Shown here piece by piece: positions 20,995-26,198 of a stretch of DNA of 26,198 nucleotides (its first letter is position 1; each line of letters begins with the position of its first letter). The stretch spans positions 1 to 26,198 of the forward strand of contig NW_021835608.1 of NCBI RefSeq assembly GCF_006345805.1, written 5' to 3'. Made by a program: the position numbers and the translations under genes. The notes under the pieces were generated by a model. The model worked only from the letters and a program-made list of their open reading frames with translations, was not told where the DNA came from and ran no database searches. Source of the DNA: Octopus sinensis (Eukaryota).

Positions 20995-21845
20995 AGATAT
21001 CAATCCATTCGTTTGTTCCCAGTCGTCTTCCCTCACCACACTCCTAAAAGATGCAAAGATATTCTCCTAAATGTGGGTTCCATTCCTTCCTCTGCCGAAT
21101 CATCCATACTCTTGTTGCTTATGCTGATTTAGGGGAACCAGTCTCACAGATTTTATTTCAGAAAACCGACCCCCATCCCCTATACATATTCACTCAGTCT
21201 CTTGTAATGAAGCACAAACTTTACGTAGACACACGTTTTTGGAAAGGAAACTGTGTAAAAAGAAACATGAATACTTCTATATAGCTGCTGTTTCTAGCAT
21301 ATGTAAGTGTGTGTTTGTAACTAGTTTTGGTTGTTGTATTATTTCACTGTAATACTTAAATGCAAATTAAAGTTTAATTTAATGAGAAAATTAAATTAAT
21401 CATGTGTAAAATGCAAACGAATGCCAGAGCTGCTAGATATAGCAGCCAAATCTACGTTGAAAAACAACTCATAATACCGTCTCTTCTAACTCCATACATA
21501 TTTATATATTAGCTGATGAAAGCTGAAGTGTACATGATAGCTAGAGTTGTTTGAAATAGCAGCTAATGCCCCTCCAATCTACTGTTCTTCTGAAATTAAT
21601 TGCGTTTATAAATTGTACACCTATTTGTCACACGACACAAATCCAATACAACAGGTCCATGAAACTGCAAACATTTCATTGCTAGAAACAACAGCAAGAG
21701 TTTAGCAAAAATATATGCAAGACGGACACAGAAAACGAGAGAAGGATGCAGAAACAAACAAGATCTAAATATATAACGTATCAATGCTTAATGTACAGTA
21801 GACCTGCTGCAAGAAATAACAGCCAAATCTCACAGCCATCCATCC
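20995..21845. repeat. Block D copy 3
   Basis: Collinear with copies 1 and 2. Confidence 0.85.
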
Positions 21846-22144
21846 ATCCATCCATTGTCTGTTACTCTCTTTTCTTCTCAGAATTTGGGAGCAGAAATTT
21901 TCCTTGTAATCTTCACCCACATCGACATTCAGTCCCAGGGCACCCATGGAGACTTCCGCTTTCTACCATACACATATGTGATCATTCTTTGTCTAAAGAA
22001 AACAAGGCCTGGAATTCTAGTAGAGGCAACTAATTGACTCCAACGACCCTGCGTGTGAACGATTCTGTCACCTCATCGGCTTATACACACACACACACAT
22101 ACTATAACAGATCTATCTACCCCCCCTCTCTCTCTCTCTAATTC

Positions 22145-22350
22145 ACTTTTTACTATTAGCACAACGCCTGCAATTACTGTGGGCAGCTAATCAATTACTT
22201 TATCCTTAGTATTTGACTGGTACTTAATTTATTGACCTTGGAACGATGAAATGGATAAATCGACCGAGGCAGAACTTGAACTCACAACATGAAGCTATAC
22301 AAAATGCGATAGCATTTCCTCCAGCATGGCAACGATTCTACCTGCTTCCC
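22145..22350 (-). mobile_element. Diverged family C SINE (with a further fragment at ~21985-22080)
   Basis: actattagcacaacgcctg...gactggtacttaatttattgacc...acttgaactcac...aacgattctacc. Confidence 0.7.
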
Positions 22351-22424
22351 CACTGATACACACACACACACCACACACACACACACACCACCATAGCAAC
22401 AATAATATATATCAATATAGTTGT

Positions 22425-22815
22425 ACTAATACATCTCCTTCTAGAAATAGCAGTCAAATCTCCTGAAATCAACATCATACTGTGTAATATCTGAGGGGAT
22501 TATCTGCAATGAAAGTAGGCTTGTTGGAATTACCAATTAATTACAGCGTACTCTCTTATGTGTGTCTAATGAGGCCATGCAGGACCCCTATCTGGTGACT
22601 AGACCACTTTCGGTAAATGTCGATTTAACCCGTCCCCTTAAAATTTCTGGCGTGGATGAGGAACTATAATTCTTTTTGAGGTCTGGGAGTCACTTCTTGT
22701 ATATCTGTGAATATAGTTGTATCGATATTTTCTCTTGCAGAAATAGCAGTCAAATCCCTTTAAATCACACATTATACTGTGTAATGCCTGAAGGAAATAT
22801 TTGCATTGTGACTCA
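22425..22815. repeat. Two isolated copies of the agaaatagcagtcaaatc..atactgtgtaat module (~22435-22510 and ~22735-22810)
   Basis: Same core motif as block D; the two copies are similar to each other. Confidence 0.7.
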
Positions 22816-22899
22816 GTTTGTTAGAAATAGAGAGAGAGAGAGAGAGGATGAGCGAGTGAAAAAGAAGGTGCTATATGGAGGGATCGATGGAATAAATAC

Positions 22900-23010
22900 A
22901 AGGCTTAACACAAAGATGTACTGGGTTCAATTCTTCAACTAGAAATTCTTCAAGGTGTTGCTCCAGCATGGCCACAGTCTAATGTCTGAAACACGTTAAA
23001 GATAAAAGAT
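22900..23010 (+). mobile_element. Family B SINE 3' end fragment
   Basis: gtgttgctccagcatggccacagtctaatgtctgaaacacgttaaagataaaagat. Confidence 0.7.
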
Positions 23011-23748
23011 TCACACAGACACAGGCATACTTTTATGCATTTGTTTTGCCGGATTCTTCATGTGAAGTTGCGTGTTGAAAGAGACATTGTTGTATTTCAT
23101 GATGGTCGTGTCCTTTCTTTCATTACATAATAAATAGAGAGAGAGAGACAGATAGATAGATAGATAGATAGATAGAGAGACAGAGAGAGAGAGAGAGAGC
23201 CGTTATAGTGTGTGTGTGTGTGTGTGTGTGTAGTTTGTAAAATCTCAGGAAGTAAAGTGAGTCAGCACATCAAAGTGGCTGCTGAAGGTTACTACTAGTT
23301 TAACCCCAGGCAGATTCTCCACTAGCGGGTTATCACTGCTACACTGCATCCTTTATATACAATATCTTGTTAGCAGTGGTGGGGAGGGGGGTGTCGTACC
23401 TCGGTAAACTTTCAGATTAACACCCGCACGATTTTCGCGAGGAAAGAAAAAAACTCAAATTTTTTTTGCATGGAATGAAGTACCCTGACCTCCAAATATG
23501 CTGCAAATCACTTATTATGGTTCAGAAGAGGGTGCCACGACGGGGACGCACTCCCACCCCATTCCCAAATCATTGGAAATATATTTTTTTGGTTTTTGTT
23601 GGATGCTACAAAACCCTTTTGGGTCTGCAAAACGGGGTGGGGTGAGGCGGAAGCCTTGGAAATTGTACCCACTCCCAACATTTTACAGAAATAAATTTTC
23701 CAGAGTGTGAATTACATGGTTCGTTATTAATATATATATATATATACA

Positions 23749-24060
23749 TCTCTTTTATAAAATCCGTTCTGTCTGTCTGTGGTCTTCTAGGATCTCAGCA
23801 TCCTCCATCGATTGCGCTCAAATTTGATATGTAGATACCAATGGTATCAGGGATGTATAAGTCTTTAAAAATTACAAAAATCGATTCCAGGGGAGAATGT
23901 GATCGATAAATCCGTGGGAACGTGCATTTGTACATGCAAGTACATTAGCTGTTGCGATCGATACTACGCATACGCGAGAAAAGCTGTGCAGTTTGCGCGC
24001 AATAAAGCGGCTGGCTTGAAATAATGCCACAAAATGCAGAATATTTAAGAGACCAAAAAA
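23749..24060 (+). mobile_element. Helitron-like 5' portion
   Basis: Begins A|TCTCTTTTATAAAATCCGTTCTGTCTGTCTGTG after a (TA)n run; CpG-rich interior. No 3' hairpin or CTAG recognised; right boundary approximate. Confidence 0.5.
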
Positions 24061-24544
24061 GTTAGATGCAAAAGAGATATTTTCTCCAAACTTGGCATGA
24101 AGGAAGGAAAAACTATTTTGTTTCTGAAGAAGTCTTTTTTTTTTTTTTTGCCTTAATTTCGTTAACAAAACAAAAAATTTTATTGAAATAAAGGCATGCT
24201 TAATTATTTTAATGAAAGAAAACACAGATTGCTTCTTATTCAAGGAAGAAAATATTATTTTCTTGTTAATAAATGATTTTCCATGTTTGTGTTCTCCCAG
24301 TCTACAGACTTATCATTTCTGCTACTTTAAACTCTTCGGTTGCATATTTGGGTGAATAAAATCGTTTTTCTTTGGAATATAAAAAAAGTCTATCTTTATT
24401 TCTTCTTTTGCTGGTGTCTCAAATTTAGGTTAAATCAGTGCTTCTCAAAGGGGTGGCCTATGGGACTGTCGAACAAGTTGTTTTGAGAAAATTGGGTTTA
24501 AATGTTTGACAACTCAGCACTGTCCATTGGACGGAGGGGGGGGG

Positions 24545-24820
24545 GAGTTTTCTCGTATATATGTGTGTGTGTGGTGTGTGTGTGTTGTATGTATATATAA
24601 TATATATATAATATATATATATATATGTATATATATATACATACATATATATTCCTGCATATATATACATGTATATATATATGCATATATATCTATTCAT
24701 ACATATACTCACACATACACACATATATATTTCATATATATATATGTATGTATGTATATATTCATACATATACTCACACACATGCACACATATATTTAAT
24801 ATATATTTATATATATATAA
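24545..24820. repeat. (TA)n/(CA)n/(TG)n compound microsatellite
   Basis: Direct low-complexity repeat. Confidence 0.93.
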
Positions 24821-25579
24821 TTTCTCTGGCCATCATTTCATCTTTGTTATATTTCGTTCATCCATTCTTACTTTTCCTTTGTGATGGCCACTTGGCATTT
24901 TTTGTTTTTCTTTTCCTGTTGTTTTTCTTTTTTCCGAGGCTCCTCTAATTTCTCCGTCTATTTTCAATCTTAACTCTGCCTTCTAACATTGGATCTCCAA
25001 CATCTTCATTTTTTTCCCCTTTCTCCCCCACACATATTCTTTTCCCTTATTTCCTCTCTGCCTCATTTCCTCCTCCTCCTCTTTCTCCGTCTTATCATTT
25101 CCCTCACCACCCACACCACACTCCTCCCTCCAACCCTTTCATATATTTCAAAAAATCTTTGGAATAGCATTTATTTTCCCACTCTCATCCCTTTCTCAGC
25201 TTCTTCATTTCCAAAAACTCTGCTCATCTTTCCTCCAACCTCAGCACAAAATACTTGCATTCATCTCCCTACTCACCGTATTTCTTTGCAGTTGATCTCC
25301 TCCTCCTCCCAATTCTCCCAAGAGCCTTTCAATATCTCCAAAGTCTTCCATTTCTTTCCCTGGTAGTTTTACCAATCATCACAGCAGACTTTGGCAGGAT
25401 GATTCAACCAACACATCCAACCGTATATTCTTTTACCCCTCTTAAGAGATTTTAATATTCGTTTAACTTCACTAAGCTTAATTGAAATAGTTGTAAGGGA
25501 TAATGAAAGATATTTTGCTGAAAATAAATTTTATTAACTTCAATATCTCCATTCTGTTCTTCATTTTATCATATATTGT

Positions 25580-25635
25580 ATACACACACACACATATATA
25601 TACACATGTGTAATATATATACATTTATGTATGTG

Positions 25636-25689
<54 letters not shown>

Positions 25690-25915
25690 GTATATATATA
25701 TATGTGTGTGTTTGTGTGTTATATATATGTATGTATATGTATACATATATGTATATATATATATACATGTATACATGTATATGTATACATATATATGTAT
25801 ATAATATATATATGTGTGTGTACATATATATGTACACATATATATGTACATATATATATGTGTGTGTATATATATATATGTGTGTATATGTTTCTATATG
25901 TGAATATATATGCAT
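25580..25915. repeat. (TA)n/(TG)n compound microsatellite
   Basis: Direct low-complexity repeat. Confidence 0.93.
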
Positions 25916-26198
25916 CAAATGAAATAAAAAACAGAATACAAAGGATGTTGCGGTACACGTGTTTCAAGCTTTATAAAACAACTTATTCTTACATCAATGT
26001 ATAATCGACATAACAGATGGTTTAAAGCTCTCTTCAGCCGCATACAATTGCTACACCAAAGACCTGTATCACATTATGAAAAGTCCGAAAAGGAACATTT
26101 GCTATTATCTATAATGGTAGGTATATTGAGTTTCACTGGGAAAATATGTTTGTAAATCTTCATAATCAAATAGGTGTGCAGGGTATTATTGGACTTTG

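Noticed and set aside
17877-21784. Similar minus-strand peptides in the three D blocks (YIFAK..LL.FLA....QF.GPVVLDL...TNR) as a paralogous gene family
   Set aside because: Copy 2 has an in-frame TAG, copy 3 has compensating indels, flanking parts are frameshifted, and the similarity is what nucleotide homology alone would give.
23872-24243. 123-aa minus ORF
   Set aside because: Low-complexity F/K/L composition from A/T runs, antisense to a Helitron-like fragment.
14409-26004. Numerous ORFs rich in YI/HT/CV/LS dipeptides or poly-T/W/M (e.g. 14409, 15270, 15586, 16816, 20535, 24458, 25576)
   Set aside because: They are translations of (TA)n, (CA)n, (TC)n and (CAC)n microsatellites.

Overview
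AT-rich, repeat-dense eukaryotic DNA with abundant (TA)n/(CA)n microsatellites and SINE families that I recognise as typical of Octopus (taxon is an inference). No complete protein-coding gene, rRNA, tRNA gene or CRISPR array is supported. The only clearly recognisable protein is a young, 5'-truncated Penelope-like retroelement (C-terminal RT plus GIY-YIG endonuclease, probably Neptune clade) carrying a 583-bp inverted copy of its own 3' end (3627-5626). The first 3.3 kb holds a head-to-tail pair of non-autonomous Helitrons. The first of these contains a 154-bp tandem array in which every unit is a reiterated Helitron 5' terminus, with a BABABABA-A-BBBB variant pattern. The rest is three interleaved SINE-like families (called A, B, C here), several small MITE-like elements, and an old ~1.6-kb tandem triplication (16.6-21.85 kb) built around a recurrent GCTGCTA-GAAA-TAGCAGC hairpin. 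A few unique islands carry candidate small exons or microexons, so the window may be largely intronic; strand and gene identity could not be settled. Most ORFs in the supplied track are microsatellite or repeat artefacts.
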